Notes under the pieces: generated by a model
Told to the model about the DNA's origin: nothing
Databases searched by the model: none
The model's input: the letters and a program-made list of their open reading frames with translations, nothing else
Translations under genes and position numbers: made by a program
In this document: positions 10,230-21,854 of the stretch, one piece after another
Position numbering within the stretch: the stretch's first letter is position 1
Layout: each line of letters opens with the position of its first letter
Assembly: GCA_963719515.1 (NCBI GenBank)
Contig: CAVRCJ010000003.1
Location: 192,001 to 256,000 of the forward strand
Direction of reading: 5' to 3'
From: an uncultured cyanobacterium
Lineage (GTDB): Bacteria; Cyanobacteriota; Cyanobacteriia; CAKZMO01
DNA: 64,000 nucleotides

Positions 10230-12046
10230 ATGACGTCACTTTTGCTGAGACGAATTGGGCTGAGACGAATTGGGACCGCCTGCTTAGGCCTTGGGCTAGC
10301 GCTTGGGGGAGGGCACCCCGGCTTCGCCGCTGACCGGATAACCCTGACGGCAGGTCCCCTAAAAGCCTCTATTTCTCGTCGCTCTCTAGAAGCTTTTGCT
10401 GAGGGTGAGCCGCCTGCAGGCGACTTAGCTTTCGTTCTCAATTCCTTAAATAGCGAGACTCAAGACTATATCCGTAGACAGCTGCGTGACGCCACCGACG
10501 CAACGCCCACCGTCGTGCTTCAGCTGGTCAATTCGGCCATGGGGGACGACCTGCTGCGGCGCTTGGGGACGCTGATTGAGGCTAAAAGCAATGCTGAAGA
10601 CAGCGCCACCGGCGCTGCGGCGCTGCGCAAGGCGCTAACTGCGGCGGCTGAAGACCCAGCGGGCCTGTCTCCGCTGACGGTACTGCGCCACTTTCCGGGT
10701 GAGGTCCAGATTCGCGCGGCAGCGCTGCCTACCCTATTGAGCAACATTGACCAGTTCACCCGCCAAAATCAGCAGGCCGTTGAGGCTATCCAGCAGTCCC
10801 ATAGGCGATCGCTGGCATCTAGTCTGTCTAGTGGCTCAGCCGCCGTGCAGCGCCATCCAATGCCTCCAGATTTGCCCCCAGACCTGCGGCAGCCAGGAGC
10901 CTACAGCGTTCTCAAGCGAGAGCTTGCTACCCCGCCGCCACTGGGGAGTCACTGGGTGAGTCACTGGGTGAGTCACTGGGCAAGTCGCCGGGCGAGTCGC
11001 TGGGTGAGGTCGCCCAGCCGCTTCTCAGCAGTCTCTACCTTCCGCAGGCCGACCATCTCGTCCCGCTGGTGGTTGTGTCCCACCCGCTCGCCTCCACCCG
11101 CGCCAACTTTGCCTACCTGGGGGAGCAGCTGGCCTCCCACGGCATCGCGGTTGCCATTCCAGAGCATCAGGGCAGCAATACCGCCCGACTACAGGCCTTT
11201 CTGCGGGGTGAGCACCAAAATCTTATCGAAGCTGACGAATACCTCCTGCGATCGCTGGAGATTTCTGCTCTCCTTGACGCGCTTGACCAGCATCCGGATC
11301 TAGGGCAGCGACTCAGGGTAGACCAAGTTGGAGTGCTCGGAGCCTCCTTCGGGGCTACGGCGGCCCTAGCCCTGGCGGGAGCCGAAATCAATCGCGATCG
11401 CCTGGCGCAGGACTGCGAGTCTCCCAAGCTGACCCTCAACCTATCGGTCTTGCTGCAGTGCCGGGCAAACGACCTTCCCCCCGGTGACTTTCCGCTGCAG
11501 GATCCTCGGGTTCAGGCTGTGTTCGCCCTATTTCCGCTGACCAGTACCGTCTTTGGGCCAGAGGGCTTGAGCAAAGTGGAAGGACCGACGCTCTTCCTTT
11601 CCGCCAGTAGAGACCTGCTCGTCCCCGCCTTGACGGAGCAGATTCAGCCGTTTGAGGCGCTCACGGCTACGTCAGCGGATGACCGCTATTTGATGCTGCT
11701 CGACCCAGCAAATCACTATGTCTTAGAAGATCCTGCCGCAGAACAGGAGATTCCGAGCTTCTTGCTCAGCGATCGTCCCGATCCTATCGTGGCCCGGCGC
11801 TATGTGCAGGCCATGGCCGTGGCGTTCTTCAAAGCCTACCTGGACGACGCAGTGGCTGATGCCCCAGTTGACTACAGCCCCTATTTGAGGGCAAGCTACG
11901 CTCAGTCAATTCGCCAAGACGATTTGGCACTCTACGTTGCCTCAGCGCCGCAGCGAGCTCCCCATGCTGCAATAAGACCGTGGTTCTATCGTTATGCGCT
12001 CTCCTACCTAAAGCACCTCAAGATATTTGGGCAGTGCCGAAACTAG
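10230..12046 (+). pseudogene. DUF1400 alpha/beta hydrolase (predicted dienelactone hydrolase) split by a 1-nt frameshift (pseudogene or sequencing error)
   Basis: DUF1400 domain and PDLRQPG in one frame; LYLP..VVVSH, GASFG, LLQCRA, DPRVQA in the -1 frame; shift near the C4 run at 10930-10933. Confidence 0.8.
10946..11005 (+). repeat. 12-bp tandem repeat GAGTCACTGGGT x5 (degenerate), encoding ESLG in the downstream frame
   Basis: Two exact copies followed by three variant copies. Confidence 0.9.
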
Positions 12047-12193
12047 ACAAAGTGCGCGATTATCAGTTCTTTGACGGGAAAATCTCCATCTTTTGTTAAG
12101 ACATGCACTACCGAGCGCAAGACCATGCATTAGAATAAATGGGGTTTAAGGTGCACCAAGCTCGGGCCTAAGGTAAATGATGCACTTCGAAAA

Positions 12194-15100
12194 ATGCCTT
12201 CAGCTTTAGTGACGTCGCTTGTAGCTCTAGCGGTTAGCATCACAGAATTTTCTGGGCTGTTTTGCGCCATTCGGTTTCCAGAGCACAGTCATCCACTCTA
12301 TCTCGCTGTAGCAGCCAGAAAGCTGCTGATTTTTTCGGGCGCGCTGGGGGCTGTAGGTATAGCCTGGCGACTGGTCCGCGATCGCGCGCCGCATATTCTG
12401 CGCGGAGGGCCTAAATATCATCCGCTCTATGAGCAGGCGGCTGTGGGAATCCTGTACATTGGCGATCGCGACGAGCTGCTGAGCTACAACCAAAAGTTTT
12501 GCGATATGCTCGGCTACTCTAGGGAGGACCTGGCCGGCAAGACCATTGGCGACATAACTTATTTGCGCGACGTCGAGCAGCCCGAGCCCCTATTCTCGCG
12601 ATTTTTGGCAGGAGAAGCGGAGCTTTTGTCCGTAGAGACGCCGTATCTGTGTAAGGGCGGCTCAATCTTCTGGGGAAATGTAACAGTGTCTCTGCTGCCG
12701 GCAGGGAAGAGCCCGCCCGCTCGCCTCCTGGCCGTTGTTCAAGACATCAGCAATTGTAAGCGAGCCGAAGCCGAACGTCAGGCCGCTGAGCAACAGCTTC
12801 AGCAGCTCAAACAAGATCTAGAGAGTCGGATCACCGAGCGGACCAAAGCACTGGAGCAAAGTGAGGCCCGCTGGCAGTTTGCGCTCAATGGGGCAGGAGA
12901 TGGGATCTGGGACTGGAACGTTCAGACCAACTTCGTTTTTTTCTCACGTCAATGGAAAGCAATGCTGGGCTACAGCGAAGATGACATTGGCGATACCCTC
13001 AGTGAGTGGGATAGTCGCGTTCATCCTGACGACAAACCTCAGTGCTATGCCGATATTCAGCGGGCCTTGAGGGGCGAAACGACGAGCTACCGAAACGAGC
13101 ATCGACTTCGGTGTAAAGATGGAAGCTACAAATGGATTCTTGACCGGGGCAAGGTTATCGAATGGTGCGCCAGCGGTCAACCGCTGCGGATGATTGGCAC
13201 CCATTCGGATATCAGCGAGAGGAAGCGCCTAGAGGCCAATAGCAAAGCCGCTGAGCGGCAGATGCAGACCATTGTTGAGGCCACAGCGGCAACGACGGGA
13301 CAAGATTTTTTCTCCGCTCTGGTTCAGTACACAGCTCAGGCCCTCAACGTTCCCTACGTGGTGGTAACCGAGCGAATTGGAGACCATCTGCGGACTTTAG
13401 CCTTTTGGAGTGATGGGAGTTGCCAGTATGGCGTTGTCTATAGGATCGCCAATACGCCCTGCGAACAGGTCTTCCGAAAGGGAAAATTTTACTGTGAGCG
13501 GCAGCTGCATCAGCGATTTACCTCCGACGTCGATTTGCTTCCTGCGGATGCCGAGAGCTATCTGGGCGTTGCTCTGTGCGGCAGTGATGGCGCTGTTGTA
13601 GGTAGTCTAGTCGTTTTAGATAGGCAACCTTTGGCTGAACTACAGCGGCGCGAGGATATTCTTCGAATCTTCGCGGCCCGCGCTGTAGCGGAACTAGAGC
13701 GGCAGCGGGCAGGGCTCGCCCTAGAACGGCTCAACCAGGACTTAGAAGCCAAGGTCAAAGCGCGTACGGCGGAGCTGCAGGAGCGAGAGCAATTTTTGCA
13801 GACGGTGCTAGATACGGCTCCCCTCTGCGTTTTTTGGAAGGACCGCAATTCGGTCTATCTAGGCAGCAATCGTAGATTTTTACAAGACGTGAATTTGAGC
13901 TCGGCGGCAGAGCTTATCGGTAAGATCGACTACGACCTGCCCTGGGGGGTCAGCGAAGCAGAAGCCTATCGCACCCGCGATCGCCAAGTGGTGGACTCCG
14001 GCATTCCCCTACTGGGAGTTGAGAATCTGCGCCTGCGCTCAGACGGGAGCCAGCAGTGGCTTGAAACCAGCAAACTGCCGCTTCGAAATTTGAAGGGAGA
14101 GGTGATTGGTGTCCTGGGCACTTACCAAGACATCACCGCCCGTAAACAGGCCGAGCTAGCGCTACAGCAAAGCGAGGCTCGACTGCAGCTCATGATCAGC
14201 GACCTCAAGCTCACTCAACAGCGGATTGCTCACAACGCCCTGCACGACCCGCTCACTGGTTTGCCCAATCGGGCGCTGATTATGGAGCGGCTTGAGCAAG
14301 CGATCGCCCGCTCGCAGCAGATCGAAGGCTACCACTATGCTGTCTTGTTTATCGACCTCGACCGCTTCAAGGTAATCAACGATAGCCTAGGCCACGCCAC
14401 AGGGGACCAGCTGCTCATAGCGATCGCCAATAGATTAAGCATGGCTATTCCTGATAACGGATGCGTGGCGCGGCTAGGCGGCGATGAGTTTGTCATCCTG
14501 CTAGAGGAGATCAGAACGATTGAGGCGGTGACACAGCTAGTCAGCAGTATCCTCGCTGATGCCCAGACACCGCTAACCCTCAGTGGACAGCAGGTCTTTA
14601 CCGGCGTCAGCATTGGCGTCGTGATGGACAGGCCGACCTACCAGCAGCCCGCCGATTTAATTCGAGACGCGGATATCGCCATGTACGAGGCGAAAGCTCA
14701 GGGCGGCAACAGATACCAACTGTTCGATAGGGCGATGCATGCCTGCGTGCTCAGGCGTCTTACGCTGGAAACAGACCTGCATCGGGCGATGGAGCAGGGA
14801 GAGTTTGTGGTCCACTATCAACCGATTGTCGAGCTGGCCAACCTGCAGCCCGTTGGGTTTGAGGCCCTAGTTCGGTGGCGTCACCCCACAGGGGAGCTGA
14901 TTCTCCCCGACAAGTTTGTGCCCGCCGCAGAAGAGATGGGAATGATCACAGCGTTGGACAGCTGGACTTTTAAAGCGGCCTGTAAGCAGATGGCCTACTG
15001 GCAAAACACATTTGCCGCCACGGCCGTCTGGAGAATCAGCGTCAATCTATCGACACAGGATTTGCGCCGACCCAGCTTAGTGGCGGATATTGACGCCATT

Positions 15101-15529
15101 TTGTCTGAAACGGGTCTTGCTGCTAGCGCCGTCACCCTGGAGATTACTGAAAGTCTGCTCATTGACGATATCCACAGGACGGTGAAGATTTTAGAGCAGC
15201 TCGCCTTACGGGGGATTCGCATCAGCATTGACGATTTTGGCACCGGGTACTCGTCTTTGAGCTATTTGCACTACCTACCGATCAACTACCTAAAGATCGA
15301 TAGCTCTTTCATTGAACGGATGGAGGCCCACAACCATCAGTATCAGATCATAGACACCATCATTACCCTGAGCGATCGCCTGGGGTTGACGACTGTCGCC
15401 GAAGGTATCGAGGTCATAGAGCAGCTGCAGATTCTCCAGCGGCTCGGCTGCGAGCTGGGTCAGGGCTATTTATTTTCGGAAGCCGTCACGGCCCACGAGG
15501 TCGAGGCACGCTTTTTGAGAATTCGGTAG
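12194..15529 (+). CDS. Diguanylate cyclase/phosphodiesterase (PAS-PAS-GAF-PAS-GGDEF-EAL) with hydrophobic N-terminus
   Basis: [54 protein letters not shown] motifs VHPDD and DISERK. Confidence 0.95.
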   Translation: MPSALVTSLVALAVSITEFSGLFCAIRFPEHSHPLYLAVAARKLLIFSGALGAVGIAWRLVRDRAPHILRGGPKYHPLYEQAAVGILYIGDRDELLSYNQKFCDMLGYSREDLAGKTIGDITYLRDVEQPEPLFSRFLAGEAELLSVETPYLCKGGSIFWGNVTVSLLPAGKSPPARLLAVVQDISNCKRAEAERQAAEQQLQQLKQDLESRITERTKALEQSEARWQFALNGAGDGIWDWNVQTNFVFFSRQWKAMLGYSEDDIGDTLSEWDSRVHPDDKPQCYADIQRALRGETTSYRNEHRLRCKDGSYKWILDRGKVIEWCASGQPLRMIGTHSDISERKRLEANSKAAERQMQTIVEATAATTGQDFFSALVQYTAQALNVPYVVVTERIGDHLRTLAFWSDGSCQYGVVYRIANTPCEQVFRKGKFYCERQLHQRFTSDVDLLPADAESYLGVALCGSDGAVVGSLVVLDRQPLAELQRREDILRIFAARAVAELERQRAGLALERLNQDLEAKVKARTAELQEREQFLQTVLDTAPLCVFWKDRNSVYLGSNRRFLQDVNLSSAAELIGKIDYDLPWGVSEAEAYRTRDRQVVDSGIPLLGVENLRLRSDGSQQWLETSKLPLRNLKGEVIGVLGTYQDITARKQAELALQQSEARLQLMISDLKLTQQRIAHNALHDPLTGLPNRALIMERLEQAIARSQQIEGYHYAVLFIDLDRFKVINDSLGHATGDQLLIAIANRLSMAIPDNGCVARLGGDEFVILLEEIRTIEAVTQLVSSILADAQTPLTLSGQQVFTGVSIGVVMDRPTYQQPADLIRDADIAMYEAKAQGGNRYQLFDRAMHACVLRRLTLETDLHRAMEQGEFVVHYQPIVELANLQPVGFEALVRWRHPTGELILPDKFVPAAEEMGMITALDSWTFKAACKQMAYWQNTFAATAVWRISVNLSTQDLRRPSLVADIDAILSETGLAASAVTLEITESLLIDDIHRTVKILEQLALRGIRISIDDFGTGYSSLSYLHYLPINYLKIDSSFIERMEAHNHQYQIIDTIITLSDRLGLTTVAEGIEVIEQLQILQRLGCELGQGYLFSEAVTAHEVEARFLRIR

Positions 15530-15556
15530 GGACATGACGCCGCCATGTTCCTACCG
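15524..15556. terminator. Stem-loop (REP-like GTAGG..CCTAC palindrome) overlapping the EAL gene stop
   Basis: CGGTAGGGACATG-N7-CATGTTCCTACCG, followed by a short T run. Confidence 0.6.
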
Positions 15557-15715
15557 CCTGACTTTTGGCCTAGCCCACAGCTCCTTTTGACGCAGACGAT
15601 GTAATAGGGCAGCAAAGTGGGTATGTTTCCCTATGACGGTCTGCATCAGGCTACCCATTCTTGTTGGTCTTCTCTCAGTAAGTCTCCTGAGTAAAGCTTT
15701 TCGCCAGTGGGACGA

Positions 15716-15736
15716 AAATCTAAACGAAATCTAAAC
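15716..15736 (+). promoter_or_regulatory. Pho-box-like direct repeat (AAATCTAAAC x2, 11-bp period)
   Basis: Exact 10-mer repeated one helical turn apart, about 130 bp upstream of a phosphatase-like/nuclease gene. Confidence 0.45.
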
Positions 15737-15864
15737 AGACGACTATTGCAGCACCCCTTAAGCTAGTGCTGGCGGCGATCGCCAGTAGCTTGAGAATTGA
15801 TGCGGCGTTCACAATCGGCTTTATTCACACAGCGACGGTTATCCAGCGACATAAGGGCTCTACC

Positions 15865-18800
15865 ATGACTATCAACTTAGGCGTACTTGGAACTTACGCA
15901 ACGGGAATATTTGACGGCGGGGCCGCACAGGTCTCGGCTTATGAACCGGTGTCGCAGCGGCTGTTCGTCGTCAACGGCAGCACGTCAGCTATCGATGTGA
16001 TTAGCCTGAGCGACCCCACCACCCCCTCCTTGCTATTTTCCGTTGATGTCGCCTCATTTGGAACCCAGCCCAACAGCATTTCGGTGAGCAGTACTGGCGT
16101 TATCGCTGTCGCCCTTGACGGTCTCGATCCCCAACAGGCTGGTACGGTCGTCTTTTTGGATAATTTGGGAACCGTTTTGGGAACGGCCCCGGTGGGAGCA
16201 ACGCCTAAGGCGCTTGCCTTTACCCCCGACGGCAGTCGCCTATTAGTTGCCAACGCCGGAGAGCCCAACGAAGGCTATACCGTTGACCCCGGAGGCTCCA
16301 TCGGTATTATCGATCTCACCGCTGGCCTGGCGGCTCCGCCTGTCGCCTTTGCAGGCTTTGGAGCGTTTGATGCGCAGCGAGAGGCGCTGATCGCCGCTGG
16401 GGTACGAATTTTTGGGCCGGCAGCTTCGGTGGCGCAAGATCTAGAGCCGGAGTCCATCACCCTGTCTGAGGATTCTTTGACGGCGTATATTACCCTGCAG
16501 GAAAACAACGCGATCGCCGTTCTAGACCTTACCACCGCCACCATCACCGACATCCTGCCTCTGGGCACCCAGGACCACAGCCTCTTGGGCAACGAGCTTG
16601 ACCCGAGCGACCTTGATGGCGGTATCAACATCGCCACGGCTCCTATTCAAGGCCTGTATCAGCCCGGTGCGATCGCCTCCTACCTAGTGGGCGGGGAAAC
16701 GTTTCTGGTGCTGGCCAACGAAGGCGCAAGCCGCGTCTCCCTGGGCTTCAACGAGGCGGCGATCGTAGCGGATCTGGCGCTGGACCCTGTCGCGTTTCCC
16801 CCCGCTCCAGTGCCGCCGGTTGTGGTGCCGACTGTACCGCCCGCGGTACCGCCAGTGGCCACTCCTCCCGTCGCCCTACCGCCCGTCACGCCGCCGCCCG
16901 TCACACCGCCACCAGTGGCCACTCCTCCCGTCGCCCTACCACCAGTCACACCGCCGCCCGTCACACCGCCACCAGTCGCCCCGCCCGCGGGCACCGTCAG
17001 CGCTCAGCAGGTCGCCGCCAACCTGGACAACCTCACCGTATCGACCGTGAACGCTGACCTAGACGGGGATGGCGACGTCGATCAGCTGCTGACGTTTGGC
17101 GCGCGCTCTTTCTCGATTCGCGACGCGGCGGGCAACGTGGTCTACGACAGCGGCGCGGACTTTGAGCAGATTACGGCAGCGGCGTTTCCGCAGTTCTTTA
17201 ACTCAGACAGCAACAGCAACACCTTTGATACCCGCAGCGACGACAGCGGACCCGAGCCTAGCGCTGTCGCGGTAGGGCAGGTGGGCGATCGCACCTATGC
17301 TTTCACGACCCTAGAGGGTATCGGCGGCGTCATCACGTACGATATCACCGACCCTCTTGACGTTAGTTTCGTCGAGTACATTAACAATCGCGACTTTAGC
17401 GGCGTTCCGGAGCTGGGCACTGCCGGTGACTTAGGCCCAGAAGGGGTGACGTTCATTGCGGCGGAGGACAGCCCCACCGGAGGCGCACTGCTAGCCGTAC
17501 CCAACGCCGTCAGCGGGACGACGACGGTCTACGGCCTCTTTACCCCAGTGGACGAGTCCACTGAAATCGTGATCAACGAAATTCGGACCGACCAGCCCAG
17601 TACGGACACAGATCAATACTTTGAGCTACTGGGCACGGCCAATACTTCCCTAGAAGGGCTCACTTACCTTGTGATTGGCGATGGCCTGATTGATACTGAC
17701 GGCGACGGCATCGCTGACACCGATGGTGGCAGCGGCGTCATTGAGGCCGTTGTTGATTTGAGTGCGGGGGCGCTGAACGGAGAGGGGCTGTTTGTTGCCG
17801 CCGAGAATACGTTTACCCTCGGGCGGGCAGACCTAATCACCTCCCTCAATTTTGAGACGGGAGATAACGTAACTCACCTGCTCGTCCAAAACTTTACGGG
17901 CGGCCTCAGCGAAGATTTGGATATTGACGATGACGGCATCCTTGATGCGACGCCCTGGACACGGGTTTTTGACTCAGTGGCGCTTGTACAGTCGCTGACC
18001 ATTGGAGAGAAAGTCTACAGCGAGACAATTGTCGGGCCGGAGGCTGGACGATTTGCGCCCGGTCACGTTTTCCGGCTTCCGGTGGAGGAGCCTGAGGTGC
18101 CGGTCGGCGAAGTGCCAGTACCAGGTGGCGAAGTGCCAGTACCAGTTGTTGAAGTGCCAGCACCCGGGATCGAAGTGCCAGTGCCGGGCGGTGAAATGCT
18201 AGCCTCAGCTGTTGAAGTGCCAGCCCCAGCTGTTGAAGTGCCAGTACCGGGTGGCGAGGTGCCAGCCCCAGCTGTTGAAGTGCCTGATGGTGGGCTACGC
18301 CTCAGCGCCGGTGAATTTCAGATTGGGAGCTTCAACCCCCTCCTAGGAACAGATACGCCTGGCCGACCCAACGACGAGATGGCGCTGCTCCTTCCTATTT
18401 ATGAAATTCAGGGGGCGGGTCATACCTCTGCATTCGAAGGCCAAATCGTAATCACCACCGGCATCATTACGGGTATTGCCGCCAATGGGTTCTTCCTCCA
18501 GGACGCGATTGGCGATGGCAATATCGCCACCTCTGATGGCCTATTTGTCTTTACAGGCGAAGGCCTGCTCAACTTACTGGTGGGCGACGAGGTCACCGTC
18601 CAGGGTACGGTGAGTGAATTTATCCCCGACGGCATCGAGTCAGGCAATCTATCGACAACGCAGCTGATCAGTCAGAGGATAACCCGCCTTTCTGGCGGCA
18701 ATCCTCTACCGGCGGCGGTGCTCATTGGCGAAGGAGGGCGCATTCTGCCCACTGAGATCATTGACAATGACCCAGTTATCGAGGAGCCGGTCACTGAAGG

Positions 18801-20767
18801 GCCAGTCACTGAAGGGCCAGTCACCGAAGAGCCAGTTATCGGAGAGCCAGTCACTGGAGAGCCAGTCACTGAAGGGCCAGTCACTGAAAAGCCGGTTACT
18901 GAAGGGCCAGTTATCGGAGAGCCTATCACCGAAGAGCCTATCACTGAAGAACCAGTCGTCGAAACCCCCGTCGCCGTTGTTCCCTACAACATCCTCACCG
19001 AGGATCTGGAAGTCTACCAGCCCGAAACAGACGGCATCGACTTTTACGAAAGCCTGGAGGGAATGCGCGTCACCGTAGTCGCCCCGCAGGTTGTGGGAGC
19101 CACAAACCGCTTCGGTGAAATCTATGCCTACGCTGGCGGCACCCAACCCACCGGCCTCAGCGATCGCGGCACCCTCAACATTAGCCCCACCGACTTCAAC
19201 CCTGAGCGCATCCAAATCGACCCCGACAGCACCCTTAGCCCCACCGCTGCCCCGCTGGTCAACGTCGGCGCAACCCTCAGCGATGTCACCGGGGTTGTGG
19301 GCTACAGCTTTGGGAACTACGAGGTGATTCCAACCGAGGCTTTTGCGGTGGCTGAGCCGCCAATAGCTGAGTCGCCAGTAACTGGGCCCCCGGCAGTCGA
19401 GCCCCCAGCCGTACCGGTAATCGAGGAACTGGCCAAAGAAGTGAGCGCTCTAGCCCCCACTGCGAACCAGCTCACCATCGCCAGCTACAACGTCCTCAAC
19501 CTCGACCCTGTGGTGGAGAATATTGCCAACGTCGAAGGCCAGGACATCGGCGAAGTTGACGATGACTTGGGCAGCGGACGCTTTGCGGCGATCGCCACCG
19601 ACATTGTGACCAACCTCAATGCCCCGGATATCATTGGCCTCCAGGAAATCCAGGACAGCGACGGCGCTGAAATCACCGCCGTCAGCGGCGCGGACTTCAC
19701 CTTCCAAACGCTGATTGATGCGATCGCCGCAGCGGGAGGACCGACCTATCAGTTCATCGACACCCCAGGAATTGTTCCCGCCTCCGCTGATGCTGAAGGC
19801 AACATCCTGCGGCCCACCGGGGGACAGCCCGGCGGCAACATCCGCACGGGTTTCCTTTATAACCCAGGGCGTGTCTCTTTGGTAGAAGATTCAGTGGTGC
19901 CGCTGACCGACCCCGCCGACCAAGCGGTCAACCCGGCCAACCCCTTCTTCGGCAGCCGCATTCCGCTGGCGGCGTCCTTCCAGTTCAACGGCCAGGACGT
20001 GACGGTGGTCAACAACCACTTCTCCTCCAAGAGCGGTAGCGCCCCGCTATTTGGTCAGCTGCAGCCCGCTGTGGCGCTGCAGGATGACCCAGAAGCAGGG
20101 GTAAACGGCGGCTTGAGCGATCGCATTGCCCAGGCTGAGGCGGTGCAGTCTTTCGTAGGCGGCCTGCTGGCCACCGACCCTAGCGCTAACGTTGTGGCCC
20201 TCGGCGACTTCAACGAGTTTGAGTTCCTGCCGCCGCTGGAGATTTTAGAGCAAGACCTAACGAACTTGACGAACACCTTGGCAGAAAATGAGCGCTATAG
20301 CGTTATCTTCCAGGGCAACTCCCAGTCCCTCGACCATATTCTGGTGAGCGACAGCCTCCTTGAGGGCGCAGAGTTCGACGCAGTCCACATCAATTCCGAG
20401 TTTGCGGCTACCGCTGAGCGGTCCAGCGACCACGACCCGCTGCTGGCCCGCTTGACGATCGCGCCGCCGGTTGGCTTGCCCCCTATAGCACCCCCAACGA
20501 CGCCTCCGGAGCGCGATAGCGCCCCCGACGACGCCTCCGGTAGCCCCACCCCCAGTGACTCCATCCCCAGCGACTCCATCCCCAATGGTTCCGCCCACAG
20601 CAGAACCCCCAGCGATCGCCCCACCTGTAGTCTCTCTCCCTGCCCTCCCGTCTATCATTGCCCCACCCTTGGGGATACTCGACGGCGTAGCCTCCCCCGA
20701 GGCGCAGCCCGACCCGCTAGCGCTAGGAATTTCGGCCATCGGCACGTCTTCAGCACCTCTGGGGTAG
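15865..20767 (+). CDS. Giant extracellular protein: choice-of-anchor I (alkaline-phosphatase-like) domain, LTD-like domain, OB-fold and ExeM/NucH-like EEP nuclease; frameshift in the C-terminal tail
   Basis: LLVANAGEP, DLEPESI, LQENNAIA, GARSFSI, RSDDSGPEP, DLGPEG; INEIRTD; IYEIQG..GFFLQD; ESLEGMRV, FNPERI, ASYNVLN, LQEIQD, NHFSSK, LGDFNE, SLDHIL, SDHDP. The literal frame ends at 20820; the Pro-rich frame ends at 20767. Confidence 0.85.
16798..16986 (+). repeat. 15-bp-unit Pro/Val/Thr repeat with a 60-bp higher-order duplication
   Basis: PPVATPPVALPPVTPPPVTPP occurs twice; 16852-16911 nearly equals 16912-16971. Confidence 0.9.
18085..18285 (+). repeat. 21-bp-unit repeat encoding EVP(V/A)Pxx
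   Basis: Repeated GAAGTGCCAG(T/C). Confidence 0.9.
18769..18969 (+). repeat. 15-bp-unit repeat encoding (E/G)PV(T/I)(E/G)
   Basis: Repeated CCAGTCACTGAAGGG variants. Confidence 0.9.
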
Positions 20768-20896
20768 GGCCGTCCTTCAGGTCTATTTGGCTTTTATCCG
20801 GCTGCCGCAATTCGGTATAATCGCTGTGCCTGGCGAAAGGGCTTTGCAACCGGGCTGGCCCAATCGCCAAATAGTGATGTACTGCACCACACCGTC

Positions 20897-21487
20897 ATGA
20901 CCCACGCTACCGACATCAAAACTCTGGCCCGCTGGATGGCGGCTGACTTTAGCAATCAGGCCCAGGCCTTTGATAATCCGCCTTTGTTCGCCCATATCCG
21001 GGTTTGTATGCGACCTCTGCCGACTGAGGTTTTGTCGGGGGTTGGGTTTTACGTTGAGCAGGCTTATGACTACGCTTTGCATCGCCCCTACCGGGCGCGG
21101 GGGCTAAAGCTAGTTGAGGTAGAGGGGCACATCGAAATCGAGAACTACCTCATTACAGGGGGAGAGGCCCTTTTCGGCGCGTCCCGCGACCGGGATCAGC
21201 TGGCGCAGCTCAGCGGCGATCAGCTGGAAAAAATGACGGGCTGCAACATGGTTGTGGAGTGGACGGGCCACAGCTTCAAGGGACAGGTTCAACCCGGAAA
21301 AGCCTGCTTTGTGAACCGCAAAGGCCGCAACACCTATCTAGACAGCGAATTTGAGATTGACGACAAGCGGTTTGTCAGCTTAGATAGAGGGCGAGATCCA
21401 GAGACGCATGAGCACGTCTGGGGGTCTGTGGCGGGGGCGTTTGAGTTCGTCCGCTGGCATACGTTTGCTGATGAGGTTGTAGTTTAG
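20897..21487 (+). CDS. cpcT: Phycobiliprotein chromophore lyase CpcT/CpeT
   Basis: MTHATDIKTLARWMAADFSNQAQAFDNPPLFAHIRV, EQAYDY..PYR, SLDRGRDPET..VWGS. Confidence 0.95.
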   Translation: MTHATDIKTLARWMAADFSNQAQAFDNPPLFAHIRVCMRPLPTEVLSGVGFYVEQAYDYALHRPYRARGLKLVEVEGHIEIENYLITGGEALFGASRDRDQLAQLSGDQLEKMTGCNMVVEWTGHSFKGQVQPGKACFVNRKGRNTYLDSEFEIDDKRFVSLDRGRDPETHEHVWGSVAGAFEFVRWHTFADEVVV

Positions 21488-21492
21488 CTGCC

Positions 21493-21822
21493 ATGCCCGA
21501 TCTATTTTGGCTACCGGCGCTTCCTTTACCCGTGATGATAGGGACTGCCCTCCTGTTGGCGTTTGCGTCCAACTGCACGAAGCAGGTTAAAGTCGCGCCT
21601 GCCACGAGGAAGCCCGCCCCCGCGCCATCGGCTGCTTCCCAGGCGGTGACCCAGGCGGTGACCCAGCCGACAGCGACCCCTGCCGCAGGTTCTGCCTGCG
21701 ATGCTACGCCCTCTGCGAAAATTCAGCTACCCCAATCTCCCCAGAAAAGCGATCGCCCCCTCGGCCAGATTCGCCTAACCCGCTCTATTTCGTTCGATAT
21801 TCGAGGCGATCGCCCGTCGTGA
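21493..21822 (+). CDS. Hypothetical small protein with hydrophobic N-terminus and Ala/Pro/Thr-rich body
   Basis: ATG 5 bp after the cpcT stop; fills the gap to the next gene. Confidence 0.5.
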   Translation: MPDLFWLPALPLPVMIGTALLLAFASNCTKQVKVAPATRKPAPAPSAASQAVTQAVTQPTATPAAGSACDATPSAKIQLPQSPQKSDRPLGQIRLTRSISFDIRGDRPS

Positions 21823-21854
21823 CGGTGGGTTTAGGCGTGGCGTGGCTGCCGTCC

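Noticed and set aside
10920..10945. Programmed -1 ribosomal frameshift
   Set aside because: No X XXY YYZ slippery heptamer is apparent; an indel is simpler.
10946..11005. Possible CRISPR-like repeat array
   Set aside because: Units are 12 bp, head-to-tail with no spacers, inside a CDS; no cas genes are present.
10934..11303. C-terminal extension (SHWV repeats) of the 10092-11303 ORF as real protein
   Set aside because: Out-of-frame read-through after the frameshift; the overlapping frame holds the hydrolase motifs.
18085..18969. Repeat arrays as CRISPR or another non-coding array
   Set aside because: In-frame 15- and 21-bp coding repeats with codon-like variation.
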